DNA of 64,000 bases from Candidatus Limnocylindrales bacterium (GTDB taxonomy: Bacteria; Chloroflexota; Limnocylindria; Limnocylindrales; CSP1-4), in NCBI GenBank assembly GCA_049514315.1, contig JBEKVD010000005.1, forward strand, positions 66,580-130,579. The letters run 5' to 3'. The position numbers and the translations under genes are program-made. Under the pieces are notes generated by a model that was not told the DNA's origin, did no database searches, and saw nothing but the letters and a program-made list of their open reading frames with translations. Below, piece by piece: positions 31,202-39,596 of the stretch. Every line of letters begins with the position of its first letter. Positions within the stretch are counted from its first letter, which is position 1.

Positions 31202-31237
31202 CCGGCGGGACGGCATGCCGTCCGCCGGCGGGACGGC
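31202..31237. promoter_or_regulatory. 13-bp direct repeat (ccggcgggacggc x2, 23-bp period) overlapping a perfect 16-bp palindrome, upstream of fabF
   Basis: ggacggcatgccgtcc (31208-31223) is self-complementary. The direct repeats are at 31202-31214 and 31225-31237. The site is 70-100 nt upstream of the fabF start and downstream of the MarR stop. Confidence 0.3.
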
Positions 31238-31315
31238 TGTCAGGGCAACCGAGCCTCACGAGGCCCGGCGATCTCCGACCTTCGGATTGTACCGGCTCAA
31301 CAGCTATCCGGCGCC

Positions 31316-31879
31316 TCAACCCTGTGTCGGGCCGCCCTCTCGCAGCAACTCGGTCAGGCGACGCAGGAAGGCTCGGACCGCACCCCGCTCGGGCTCTGCC
31401 AGCGTTGCCAGGGCCTCCTCGACGGCCCGGCCGCGCCAGCGGTACGCCCGCTCCACCTCCTCGAGCGCGTCCGGGTTCAGCCTGACTCGTACGATCCGGC
31501 GGTCGACGGCGTCCTGCTCTCGAATGACGTAGCCGTGCGCCTCCAGCTCCTCGACGATCCTGCTCGCCCACCCGTAGGAAATGCCGAGGCCCGAGGCCAG
31601 CTGGCCGACGGTCCGCTCCCCGTGCTGATATACGTGGATGGCCGCCCGAACGGCGTGGACCGAGCCGCCCGGTGGTGTGGCTCGGTGGACGGCTGTGCTT
31701 TGCGCGCCCAGGACCGGGTCCGCGACGGCGGGCGAGTCGTCCGTATCGGCTGCATCGAGCCGTCGGGTCGCGTAGGCGGCGTGAAGGAACTCCACGAGCA
31801 GCCGGCTGGTCTCCACCGCCTCGTCCGAGATGCGGGTCCCGGCTTGCTCACCCGGTTGAACGAGGATCTTGTCAACCAC
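31316..31879 (-). CDS. MarR-family transcriptional regulator
   Basis: It has the wHTH segment RTVGQLASGLGISYGWASRIVEELEAHGYVIREQDAVDRRIVRVRLNPD. Confidence 0.8.
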   Translation of the reverse strand: MVDKILVQPGEQAGTRISDEAVETSRLLVEFLHAAYATRRLDAADTDDSPAVADPVLGAQSTAVHRATPPGGSVHAVRAAIHVYQHGERTVGQLASGLGISYGWASRIVEELEAHGYVIREQDAVDRRIVRVRLNPDALEEVERAYRWRGRAVEEALATLAEPERGAVRAFLRRLTELLREGGPTQG

Positions 31880-32029
31880 GGCCGGACTATACCATAATTA
31901 CTCTACTAATACTTTCCTCGAACAAGGATCCAACCGACAGTGAACAACGCGACTCCTATCAACGACTCCTCTCGACGGCGCCGCCGATGGCTGGGGGTTG
32001 CTCTTGCGCGGACTCAATGTGCTGCTGCT

Positions 32030-32193
32030 CGTCCGCGCCCTTCGCATACGGGCTGGGCGTCGGTTTCGCCACGGCCCAGTTGACGAGCGTGGTCCTCTCC
32101 GATGTACCGCGGGAGGTCTCGGGTCTGGCTTCGGGCACGAACTCGATGCTGCGGCAGGTCGATCGGGCCACCGTCGCCGAGCCGGCGGCCTGA
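32030..32193 (+). pseudogene. remnant of a DHA2/EmrB-type MFS efflux transporter (C-terminal TM fragment only)
   Basis: FAYGLGVGFATAQLTSVVLSDVPREVSGLASGTNSMLRQV matches the late TM/loop motif of 14-TMS MFS drug exporters. There is no N-terminal ~400 aa, and the fragment sits divergent to the MarR gene across an AT-rich spacer. Confidence 0.4.
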
Positions 32194-32269
32194 AGGGGCC
32201 CGACACCCTCACCCGTCGCCGCCGGCGCGGGCGTCGATCGACCTCGGCGCCCAAGCCAGCGATCGGACC

Positions 32270-33532
32270 TCAATCCCCGGTGTAGCGCTTGAAGATGACC
32301 GCGGCGTTGTGACCGCCCAGGCCGATGTTGTTCGACATGGCATACCGGAGCGGCTTCTCGATCGTCTCCGACGCGACGTTGACGTTGCAGTCGGGATCGG
32401 GCTCCGTGTAGTTAAGCGTCCCGGGCACGGTCTGGTGGTAGATCGACAGGACGGTCGCCACCCCTTCGAAGGCGCCGGCGGCGCCCATCATGTGACCGGT
32501 CAATGACTTGGTCGCGGAGATGAGGACGTTCGGCGTATGGGGCCCGAATGTGGCCCAGATCGCCTCGCTTTCGCGCTTATCGCCGAGGGGGGTGGAGGTT
32601 CCGTGCGGGTTGATCATGTCGATTTCCTCGGCCGGTACACCGCGCCGCTCCAGGGCCATCTTCATGGCCCTGGCCGAGCCCTCTCCGCCGTCGGCCGGAG
32701 CGATCATGTCGAAGCCGTCGGCGGCTGAGCCGTAGCCGACAACCTCGGCGTAGATCGTGGCCCCACGGGCTTTGGCCAGATCGAGGTCTTCGAGGATCAG
32801 CGCTCCGGCGCCCTCGCCGAGGACGAAGCCGTCGCGGGTGCGGTCGAATGGGCGGCAGACCGATGAGATCGGCCGACCCGGGAGCGGGCTGCCCAGGCCG
32901 CGCATATTGGTGAAGCCGATGTGGACGAGCTCGAGCAGCGGCGACTCGGCGGCGCCGGCGATCACGGCGGTGCAGTCGCCACGGCGGATCGCCTCGGCGG
33001 CCTCGCCGATGGCCGTCGTGCCGGTCGAGCAGGCCGACACGGGGCAGAAGTTGTGGCCCTTGGCGCCCGTTTCGATGGCGATTGTTCCGGAGCTGGCATC
33101 GACGAGGCCGTTGGCGATGAAGAACGGGCTGACCGCCCGAGCACCCCTGGAGTGCCAGATCTCCTGGTTCGAGATGAAGAGTGCCTGGCCGCCACCACCG
33201 GAACCGTAGATCACGCCGATGTCGTAGCGGTTGTCGTCGTCGATCTCGAGACCGGAGTCGGCTACTGCCATCTTGGCCGACGCGACGGCGAAGTGGACGG
33301 TGGTGTCCGACCGCCTGGCGTCTTTGAAGTTCCAGAACTTGGTGACGTCGAAGTCGTGGACCTCGCCACCGGCCTTGTGCTCGTAAGGCGTCGTGTCGAA
33401 ATGGCTGATCTCACCGATGCCGGACCGGCCCGAGACGAGGTTCTCCCAGACGGTGTCCGTGTCGTTGCCGATGGGGCTGACTATCCCGAGCCCGGTCACA
33501 ACAATTCGCCTGGTGTAGTCGGGTTTTCGCAC
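32270..33532 (-). CDS. 3-oxoacyl-[ACP] synthase II paralogue
   Basis: It has RRIVVTGLGIVSPIGN, SACSTG, HGTSTPLGDK and ATKSLTGHMMGAAG. GTG 33532 is preceded by GGAGGAGCGAGGAGCA. The N-terminal part of the ORF track entry (to 33778) overlaps fabD and was rejected. Confidence 0.85.
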   Translation of the reverse strand: MRKPDYTRRIVVTGLGIVSPIGNDTDTVWENLVSGRSGIGEISHFDTTPYEHKAGGEVHDFDVTKFWNFKDARRSDTTVHFAVASAKMAVADSGLEIDDDNRYDIGVIYGSGGGGQALFISNQEIWHSRGARAVSPFFIANGLVDASSGTIAIETGAKGHNFCPVSACSTGTTAIGEAAEAIRRGDCTAVIAGAAESPLLELVHIGFTNMRGLGSPLPGRPISSVCRPFDRTRDGFVLGEGAGALILEDLDLAKARGATIYAEVVGYGSAADGFDMIAPADGGEGSARAMKMALERRGVPAEEIDMINPHGTSTPLGDKRESEAIWATFGPHTPNVLISATKSLTGHMMGAAGAFEGVATVLSIYHQTVPGTLNYTEPDPDCNVNVASETIEKPLRYAMSNNIGLGGHNAAVIFKRYTGD

Positions 33533-33588
33533 TGCTCCTCGCTCCTCCGGGATTCGACTTCGCCGCAGCCTCGCTGCAGGCGATTGGC

Positions 33589-34563
33589 TCAATGGCTGAT
33601 AGTGGCTCGGTCCTCGAAGGGCACGGTAATGCCGCCCCGAGCGTCCGGATCGTCGACGGCTATGGCGCTTGCCTCCGGCGCGATGCGTTTGATCAAGCCC
33701 GTCAGAACTCTTCCAGGCCCGATCTCGACGAAAGTGGTGACCCCTTCGGCCGTCATCCGCCCCACTGCGGCGATCCAATCGACGCCCCGCGTCAGGTGCT
33801 CGATGAGCTCACCGCGAGCGCCCTCGGCCGTGGTGATCGGCCGGGCGTCAGCGTTGGCCAGAAGCGGAATCTCCGGGTCGGCAAAATGGACCGGCGCAAG
33901 CACGCGGGTCATCCCCTCGGCGGCCTCGGCCATGAGCTGCGAGTGGGCCGCGACGGAGACCGGCAAGAGAATCCCGCGCCGAGCACCCAGCTCCCTGGCA
34001 CCGGACAGTGCTGCCTCGACGGCCGCTCGATCGCCGGATATGACGATCTGGCCGGGAGAGTTTCGATTGGCGACGGTCAGGTCCCCATGTGGCGCTCCGA
34101 GGGCGATCAGTTCGGGCAGGCGTGAATCGTCGAGGCCGATGATCGCGGCCATCGCGCCGGCCCGGCCCGACCCGGAGGCCTGCATCTGCACGCCGCGCTC
34201 GCGGACCAGCCTCACGGCGTCGCCGAGCGAGATGACGCCGGCCGCGACCATGGCGCTGTACTGGCCCATCGAGTGGCCGGCGGAGAACGCCGGCGTCGGG
34301 CCGACGATGCCGGCAGACGCCCAGCGTTCGTGCAGGGCGGCCAGATAGGCGATGGAAACGGCTACGAGCGCCGGCTGGGCGTTGACCGTGAGGTCGAGCT
34401 CTGCGGCCGGGCCGTCGAAGGCCAGGCGGCTCAGGGGCTCGCCCAGGGCGTCATCGGCCTCCGCCAGAACCGCCGCCGCGGCGGGCGAGACCTCGACCAG
34501 GGCCCTGCCCATGCCCACCGATTGGGACCCCTGGCCGGGGAACACGAAAGCGATTCGGTCCAT
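33589..34563 (-). CDS. fabD: malonyl-CoA:ACP transacylase
   Basis: It has FVFPGQGSQSVGMG and the GHSMGQYSA active-site motif. Confidence 0.9.
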   Translation of the reverse strand: MDRIAFVFPGQGSQSVGMGRALVEVSPAAAAVLAEADDALGEPLSRLAFDGPAAELDLTVNAQPALVAVSIAYLAALHERWASAGIVGPTPAFSAGHSMGQYSAMVAAGVISLGDAVRLVRERGVQMQASGSGRAGAMAAIIGLDDSRLPELIALGAPHGDLTVANRNSPGQIVISGDRAAVEAALSGARELGARRGILLPVSVAAHSQLMAEAAEGMTRVLAPVHFADPEIPLLANADARPITTAEGARGELIEHLTRGVDWIAAVGRMTAEGVTTFVEIGPGRVLTGLIKRIAPEASAIAVDDPDARGGITVPFEDRATISH

Positions 34564-34711
34564 TTGCTTTGCTGGGTCTCCTCGGCTCGCCTGCTCAGGC
34601 CGGGCGGAAGGACCTCGCAGGGCCGTGGCTCACGATCGATTCTGGCCGACCATCGGCCGACCAAACTGCGGCTCAGATTAGTGCAACGGCCTGCTGCCAA
34701 GAGTAGAAACG

Positions 34712-34727
34712 TGTGCAGGTTTGCACA
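34712..34727. promoter_or_regulatory. palindrome TGTGCA-N4-TGCACA in the fabD / MarR divergent intergenic region
   Basis: tgtgca (34712-17), ggtt, tgcaca (34722-27), within a locally AT-richer stretch (gattagtgcaacgg...gagtagaaac). Confidence 0.25.
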
Positions 34728-35022
34728 GATCGGACCCGGGGCGTAGGCTGCGGCCATGCCACAGTTCCGACCCAAGCTCCCGAACCTGGGTCAGCGACCG
34801 CCGGAGGGGGGACCGGGACGGCCGGCAGGACCCGGTCTGCGTCCACCTGAACAGACCGACAAGGCCGGCCCGCCAGCATCTGCCGGCGCTTTGCCGGCCG
34901 AAGCCGGTCCCCTCGAGGGCGAGCCGGTCGCCGGTCGCAGGCGATCTGCCGAGCCCGCCGCGCGATCGAGCGGGTCCGCGTCCCTGCGCCTGCTGCGCGG
35001 TACCCCGCGGCCGTTCCTGCAC

Positions 35023-35577
35023 ATGCCGTCGCTTGCCGTTCCGAGCCGAGCGGCCGTGGAATCGGCTGCCCGGGAGCTGCTATCGGCGCCGGTGGAGGCG
35101 GCCCGCAGCCGTTTCCAGAATCCGCGCGAGCTCTCGGATCGAATTGCTATGGGACGCGCCATCTGGCGCGACCTGGTCATCGGTTTCTCGGCTCAGCTCG
35201 GCGAGCTGAACCTGGGCTTCACGCAGCTCGCGGCGCTCTACGCGCTGGCAGATAGCGGCACGATGACCGTGGCGGACCTGGCCGACACGCTGGGTCGCTC
35301 CCAATCGGCCGCGAGCCGCCTCGTCGACGGCCTGGTTCAACGCCAGCTGGTCGAGCGCAAGCAGGATTCGGAGGATCGCCGCCTGAGGACCCTGACCCTG
35401 ACGGGACGGGGTTTTGCGCTCCTCGGCCTGGTCGACCGGGCTCGAGCCCAGGAATTCCTGTCGATCGTGCGGCCTCTGCCGGCCGCCGAGCGAGCGGTCG
35501 TCGCGATGGGGGTGGCGGCTCTGTCGACGCACGCTATCTCGCGGCGCGGCAGGCTGATCAAGCAGCGACCGCGCTAG
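35023..35577 (+). CDS. MarR-family transcriptional regulator
   Basis: It contains LAALYALADSGTMTVADLADTLGRSQSAASRLVDGLVQRQLVERKQDSEDRRLRTLTLTGRG. ATG 35023 was chosen; the ORF is open from 34756. Confidence 0.75.
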   Translation: MPSLAVPSRAAVESAARELLSAPVEAARSRFQNPRELSDRIAMGRAIWRDLVIGFSAQLGELNLGFTQLAALYALADSGTMTVADLADTLGRSQSAASRLVDGLVQRQLVERKQDSEDRRLRTLTLTGRGFALLGLVDRARAQEFLSIVRPLPAAERAVVAMGVAALSTHAISRRGRLIKQRPR

Positions 35578-35653
35578 GCAAGACCGCCGGCCGCGCCTGG
35601 CGTGTGCCGGCTTGGCCGGCGGCCCGAACGCGCCGGTCGGGCCACGCCGAGCC

Positions 35654-36088
35654 CTACCGCGGCGAACCCTGGTGGGCGGCTCCGGCCTCGTCGCGGGGGG
35701 CCGCCAGGCCGAGGACTTCGCGGGCCCTGTCCTCTCTATCCACCGCCAGGGCCCAGGTCGCGACGCCGTGATCCCGACTGACGACGCAGCAACCCTTGAG
35801 GCGGACTCCCGCGTGGTGGAGTCGGTCGCTGACCTCGCCGAGGGCGCAGGGCGTATCCTCGATTTCGACGGTCAGGCTGGTGCCGGGCACGAACGCGTAG
35901 CCCATGCTGCGGAGCACCTCGGTCGTGTCGTCGTCGCAGCAGTCGGTGAAGATGTGCGCGCAGGTGAGGTCGCCGACGGTGTTCTGCTGGACCTGGACTA
36001 TGTTCACTCCCCGGGCGCAGAGGGCTCGGGCCAGCCGGGAAAGCTCTCCCGGGTGATTTGGCAGCTGGACCACGAACTGCTGGCTCAT
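35654..36088 (-). CDS. tandem ACT-domain protein
   Basis: It has two beta-alpha-beta-like halves (FVVQLPNHPGELSRLARALCARGVNIV and TVEIEDTPCALGEVSDRLHHAGVRL). ATG 36088 is preceded by GGGAGGGAG. Confidence 0.55.
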   Translation of the reverse strand: MSQQFVVQLPNHPGELSRLARALCARGVNIVQVQQNTVGDLTCAHIFTDCCDDDTTEVLRSMGYAFVPGTSLTVEIEDTPCALGEVSDRLHHAGVRLKGCCVVSRDHGVATWALAVDREDRAREVLGLAAPRDEAGAAHQGSPR

Positions 36089-36220
36089 GTCTCCCTCCCG
36101 ACTCCGGACTCCGGCGGTTGGGGATACAACGCGGGCGATCACGGGTGATTATCCATCGCTCGTCGCGTCGATGGGCGTGAATGGGATCGGTGCGGCGCTC
36201 CGCCCCGGTGAGCGGTCAGG

Positions 36221-36517
36221 TCAGCCGATCGCAACCTCCTGCCCGCCGGCACCCCACTCGGGGGCCGGCGCGGCCCGCTCGACGTCGATAGCCGCGAGCC
36301 GCAGGCCATCTCCGGACGTCCTCTCGATGACGAACTCGGCGCCTTCGGCGATGGATCCCACCGACATCTCGCCCCAGGCATAACGGAGCGCCTCTTCGGT
36401 GTGCTCGTCGTCCTCGCCGAGCAGAACGTGGACGGCGGCTACTCGGGTGACGCCGAGGGCAGTCGCCCGGTCTACGACGACGTCCAGCACAGCCTGGGCG
36501 AGCACGGCCTGGTGCAT
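36221..36517 (-). CDS. HypA-like hydrogenase nickel-insertion protein lacking the zinc-binding module
   Basis: MHQAVLAQAVLDVVVDRA..GVTRVAAVHVLLG, GSIAEGAEFVIE and the C-terminal GDGLRLAAIDVE are colinear with HypA. The protein is 98 aa with no cysteine. It follows the maturation protease gene by 3 nt. Confidence 0.55.
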   Translation of the reverse strand: MHQAVLAQAVLDVVVDRATALGVTRVAAVHVLLGEDDEHTEEALRYAWGEMSVGSIAEGAEFVIERTSGDGLRLAAIDVERAAPAPEWGAGGQEVAIG

Positions 36518-36520
36518 GGC

Positions 36521-37045
36521 CTACCTCGCTCCCGCGGCCAGCAGCTCGACGACGATCTCGGCCGCGGCAGGTATGGCAGCGGATACCTCGGGGCTCAGCT
36601 TCTCGCTGAACTCGTCCGTTCGCCGAGCCTGGACCGTGACCGTCTGAATGCTACGTGGGAGAACCGCGCCCAGGCCCCGGCCCAGCGCCAGCGCCGTCTT
36701 GAGCGAGGCGTCGTGCGAGGAATCGAGGTGGCCCGCCGCAAAGTCGGCGAGGTCGTCCAGGGAACACGATCGGACTTCGCCGATCGGGCGACCCGGGAAC
36801 TCGGCGGCGTCCACCAGGATCGCCGCCTCGTAGCCGGTCAGGCATTCCATCAGCCGCAGTCCGCCGACGCCCAGCCGCTCGATCTCCACTTCGGGGACCC
36901 GCCGGCCGGCGCGCTGGGCCGTGCCGAGCAGACCTTCGACCTCGTCCGCGACCAGCCAGCCCACGCCGTCGTCGCCGAGAAGGGGGTTGCCCAACCCGAT
37001 GACGATCGTGCGAGGCTGCAGGTCGCGGGAAACCTGGTCGGCCAC
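36521..37045 (-). CDS. [NiFe]-hydrogenase maturation endopeptidase (HycI/HoxW/FrhD family)
   Basis: It has IVIGLGNPLLGDDGVGWLVADEV and a later HD.SL motif. GTG 37045 lies 13 nt after the large-subunit stop. Confidence 0.8.
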   Translation of the reverse strand: MADQVSRDLQPRTIVIGLGNPLLGDDGVGWLVADEVEGLLGTAQRAGRRVPEVEIERLGVGGLRLMECLTGYEAAILVDAAEFPGRPIGEVRSCSLDDLADFAAGHLDSSHDASLKTALALGRGLGAVLPRSIQTVTVQARRTDEFSEKLSPEVSAAIPAAAEIVVELLAAGAR

Positions 37046-37058
37046 GGGGATGTCCGAT

Positions 37059-38546
37059 CTAGCAGTTCTGGGTGAGGACCTCGATGACCTCGCCGTCCGA
37101 GTTGCGAATCGCGACCTGGAGCGGCATCTCACCGGGGAGTGAGTGAGTGGCGCAGCCGAAGCACGGGTCGTACAGGCGGAACGCCATCTCGACGCGGTTG
37201 AGCAGGCCCTGGTGAACGACCGTGCCCTTGTGAATCAGGCTCTGGGCGGCCTTCTTGATCGACATCGCCATCGGCGCGTAGTTGTTGGTCGTGCCGACGA
37301 CGAGGTTGACCGCGGTCAGGATGCCGCGCTCGTCCGTCCAGTAGTGATGGGTCAGCGTGCCTCGCGGCGCCTCGACCATGCCGACGCCCTCGGTCGGCTT
37401 CTCGGTCGGGACCGTGCGGATGTTCGGCGAGGTGATCTCTGGATCGGTGGCCAGCTCGACCATGTGCTCGGCCGCGTAGAGAAGCTCGATCAGGCGGGCC
37501 CAGTGGGTGGCCAGGCGGTGATGGACGATCCGCTTGCCGCCCGATTCGGGCTTCGGCGCGAGGGTCTCGTAGAAGCGCTCGTAGGCCGCCTGGGCCAGGG
37601 GAGTGGCCATTCCGTCGGCGGTGTTGAGGCGCGAAAGTGGCGTGGCGCAATAGACCCCGGAGTCGACCCCGTCGACGAAGCCCTTCCAGCCGATCTTCCG
37701 CAGGTAGGGGAACTTGAGGTAGGTCCACGGCTCGACGTGCTCGGCGATCCAGTCGCGGTACTCGGCGGGGGCGTAGGTGCCCACACGGGTCCCGTCGGGC
37801 GACATGATGCTTACGCGGCCGTCGTAGAAGTTGACCTTCCCGTTCGGATCCACGAGACCCATGTAGTAGGTCCTGTGCGTGTAGCCGTCCGAGAGGACCA
37901 TCTCCTTGTAGGCGTCGTTGCCGAGCACGATCTGGTCGAAGATTCCCAGGCTGAACTGCGCGAACTCGATGCCCCAGCGCCCGATCTTCTCGATCTCGGC
38001 CCGCTGCTCTTCGGTGATGCCCTGGGTCATGCCGCCGGGGACCGCGGTGGCGGGATGGATCTTCCGGCCGCCGATCATCTCGATGACGTGGTGGCCGCTC
38101 CTGCGAGCCTCGATGACCTGGCCCCCGACTTCCATGCCGACCTTGGCCAGGACGCCCAGGATGTTTCGATCGGCCGCGGGGGCGTCGGGCCCCACCACGA
38201 AGTCGGGGCCGCCGAGAGCGTAGAAGTGGGTGGTGTGATCGGTGAAGTAGAAGGCGCTGTACAGCAGCTCGCGCAGGAGCTTGGCCGGGCGGGGCGGATC
38301 GACGTGGTAGACGGCGTCGGCTGCCTTGGCGGCGGCCATGTGGTGGGCCTCCGGGCAGACGCCGCAGATGCGGTTGGTCAGCGTCGGCATCTCCTCGACC
38401 GGGCGACCGACGCAGAAGCGCTCGAAGCCGCGCAGCTCTGGGATCTGGAAGTAGGCGTTGGCGACCTCGCCGTCGGGATCGAGGAAGATCTCGATCTTGC
38501 CGTGGCCCTCGAGCCTGGTGACGGGATCGATGGTGATTCGTTCCAT
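37059..38546 (-). CDS. mvhA: [NiFe]-hydrogenase large subunit, MvhA/VhuA-like (group 3 type)
   Basis: It has RLEGHGKIEIFLD, the N-terminal RICGVCPEAHH motif, and the C-terminal DPCFGCATH motif followed by a cleavable extension. Confidence 0.9.
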   Translation of the reverse strand: MERITIDPVTRLEGHGKIEIFLDPDGEVANAYFQIPELRGFERFCVGRPVEEMPTLTNRICGVCPEAHHMAAAKAADAVYHVDPPRPAKLLRELLYSAFYFTDHTTHFYALGGPDFVVGPDAPAADRNILGVLAKVGMEVGGQVIEARRSGHHVIEMIGGRKIHPATAVPGGMTQGITEEQRAEIEKIGRWGIEFAQFSLGIFDQIVLGNDAYKEMVLSDGYTHRTYYMGLVDPNGKVNFYDGRVSIMSPDGTRVGTYAPAEYRDWIAEHVEPWTYLKFPYLRKIGWKGFVDGVDSGVYCATPLSRLNTADGMATPLAQAAYERFYETLAPKPESGGKRIVHHRLATHWARLIELLYAAEHMVELATDPEITSPNIRTVPTEKPTEGVGMVEAPRGTLTHHYWTDERGILTAVNLVVGTTNNYAPMAMSIKKAAQSLIHKGTVVHQGLLNRVEMAFRLYDPCFGCATHSLPGEMPLQVAIRNSDGEVIEVLTQNC

Positions 38547-38552
38547 GTCCGG

Positions 38553-39596
38553 CTACTCCCCGTCGCCCTGCCAGGCCGAGCGGCTGCTGTGGAGCAGCGA
38601 GCCGGCCAGGCTGAAGCGGTAGAACTGGCCCACCGGGTCGGGGATGCCGTCGAGCACCTTGTCGATCTCCTCGGGCTTGATGGCCTGTACGACCGAGGCG
38701 TAGGCGGACATCAGTCGGGCGCCGTAGTCGACGACTCCCTCCGCCGCGCCGTAGCAGCCGATACACGGTGCCGAGACGGCCGGGCAGAGGGCGCCGCAGC
38801 CGCTGCGAGTCGCCGGGCCGTTGCAGGGCAGGCCCTGCTCCAGGAGGCAGATCTCGGGATCGAACCCGGCCACCTGCTGGATGCGGACGAACTGGTCGAT
38901 CTTCTTAACGTCGCGCTTGCGGGCGCATTCGTCGCACACGGTCGAGTCTCCGGCGCCGAGGACGGAACCCTTCGGCGGAAGCGGCCCGGTGCCGTTGAGG
39001 GCCTTGACCACGGCCTCCAGGGCCGCCCAGATCTGGTTCGACTCGGGCGGGCAGCCGGGGATCGTGTAGTCCACGTCCACGACCTGGTCCAGGGTCCGCA
39101 GTACCGGCTCGAACTCGGGCAGATGGAGCACGCCCTCCGGGACCTCGCACTCCCACACCGGGCGGAGGTTGTCCGGGTTGTCGGTGCTGGAAGTCGAGAA
39201 GGCCGTGTCGATGATCTGCTTGCGGCTCGAAAGATTGGCGAGGCCCGGGATGCAGCCCTCGCTCGCGCACGACCCGAACGAGACCATGATCTGCGACTTG
39301 CGCCGCAGGAGTCGGGCCAGGTGGACCGTCTCGCTGGTCCGCATGCTGCCGGACACGAGAGTGACCGCTATCTCGCCGTCGGCTATGGCCTCGATGTCGC
39401 TGTACTTGCCGTCCATGACGGTCGGCCACAGGACGATGTCGAAGGCGTTCGCCACGTCGACGATGTGCTCGTGGATATTGATGATGGCAATGTCGCAACC
39501 GCCGCACGAGGCGGCGCCGAAGATGGCCAGCTTGGGCTTGGCCCCGGACCCCGCTGCGGCCCCGGCTGTGCCGTTGGACTTGGCCGTTGGGCTCAT
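38553..39596 (-). CDS. mvhG: [NiFe]-hydrogenase small subunit, MvhG-like
   Basis: It has LAIFGAASCGGCDIAI plus distal Cys clusters (CDEC, CNGP..GCGALC, CIGC). Confidence 0.85.
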   Translation of the reverse strand: MSPTAKSNGTAGAAAGSGAKPKLAIFGAASCGGCDIAIINIHEHIVDVANAFDIVLWPTVMDGKYSDIEAIADGEIAVTLVSGSMRTSETVHLARLLRRKSQIMVSFGSCASEGCIPGLANLSSRKQIIDTAFSTSSTDNPDNLRPVWECEVPEGVLHLPEFEPVLRTLDQVVDVDYTIPGCPPESNQIWAALEAVVKALNGTGPLPPKGSVLGAGDSTVCDECARKRDVKKIDQFVRIQQVAGFDPEICLLEQGLPCNGPATRSGCGALCPAVSAPCIGCYGAAEGVVDYGARLMSAYASVVQAIKPEEIDKVLDGIPDPVGQFYRFSLAGSLLHSSRSAWQGDGE

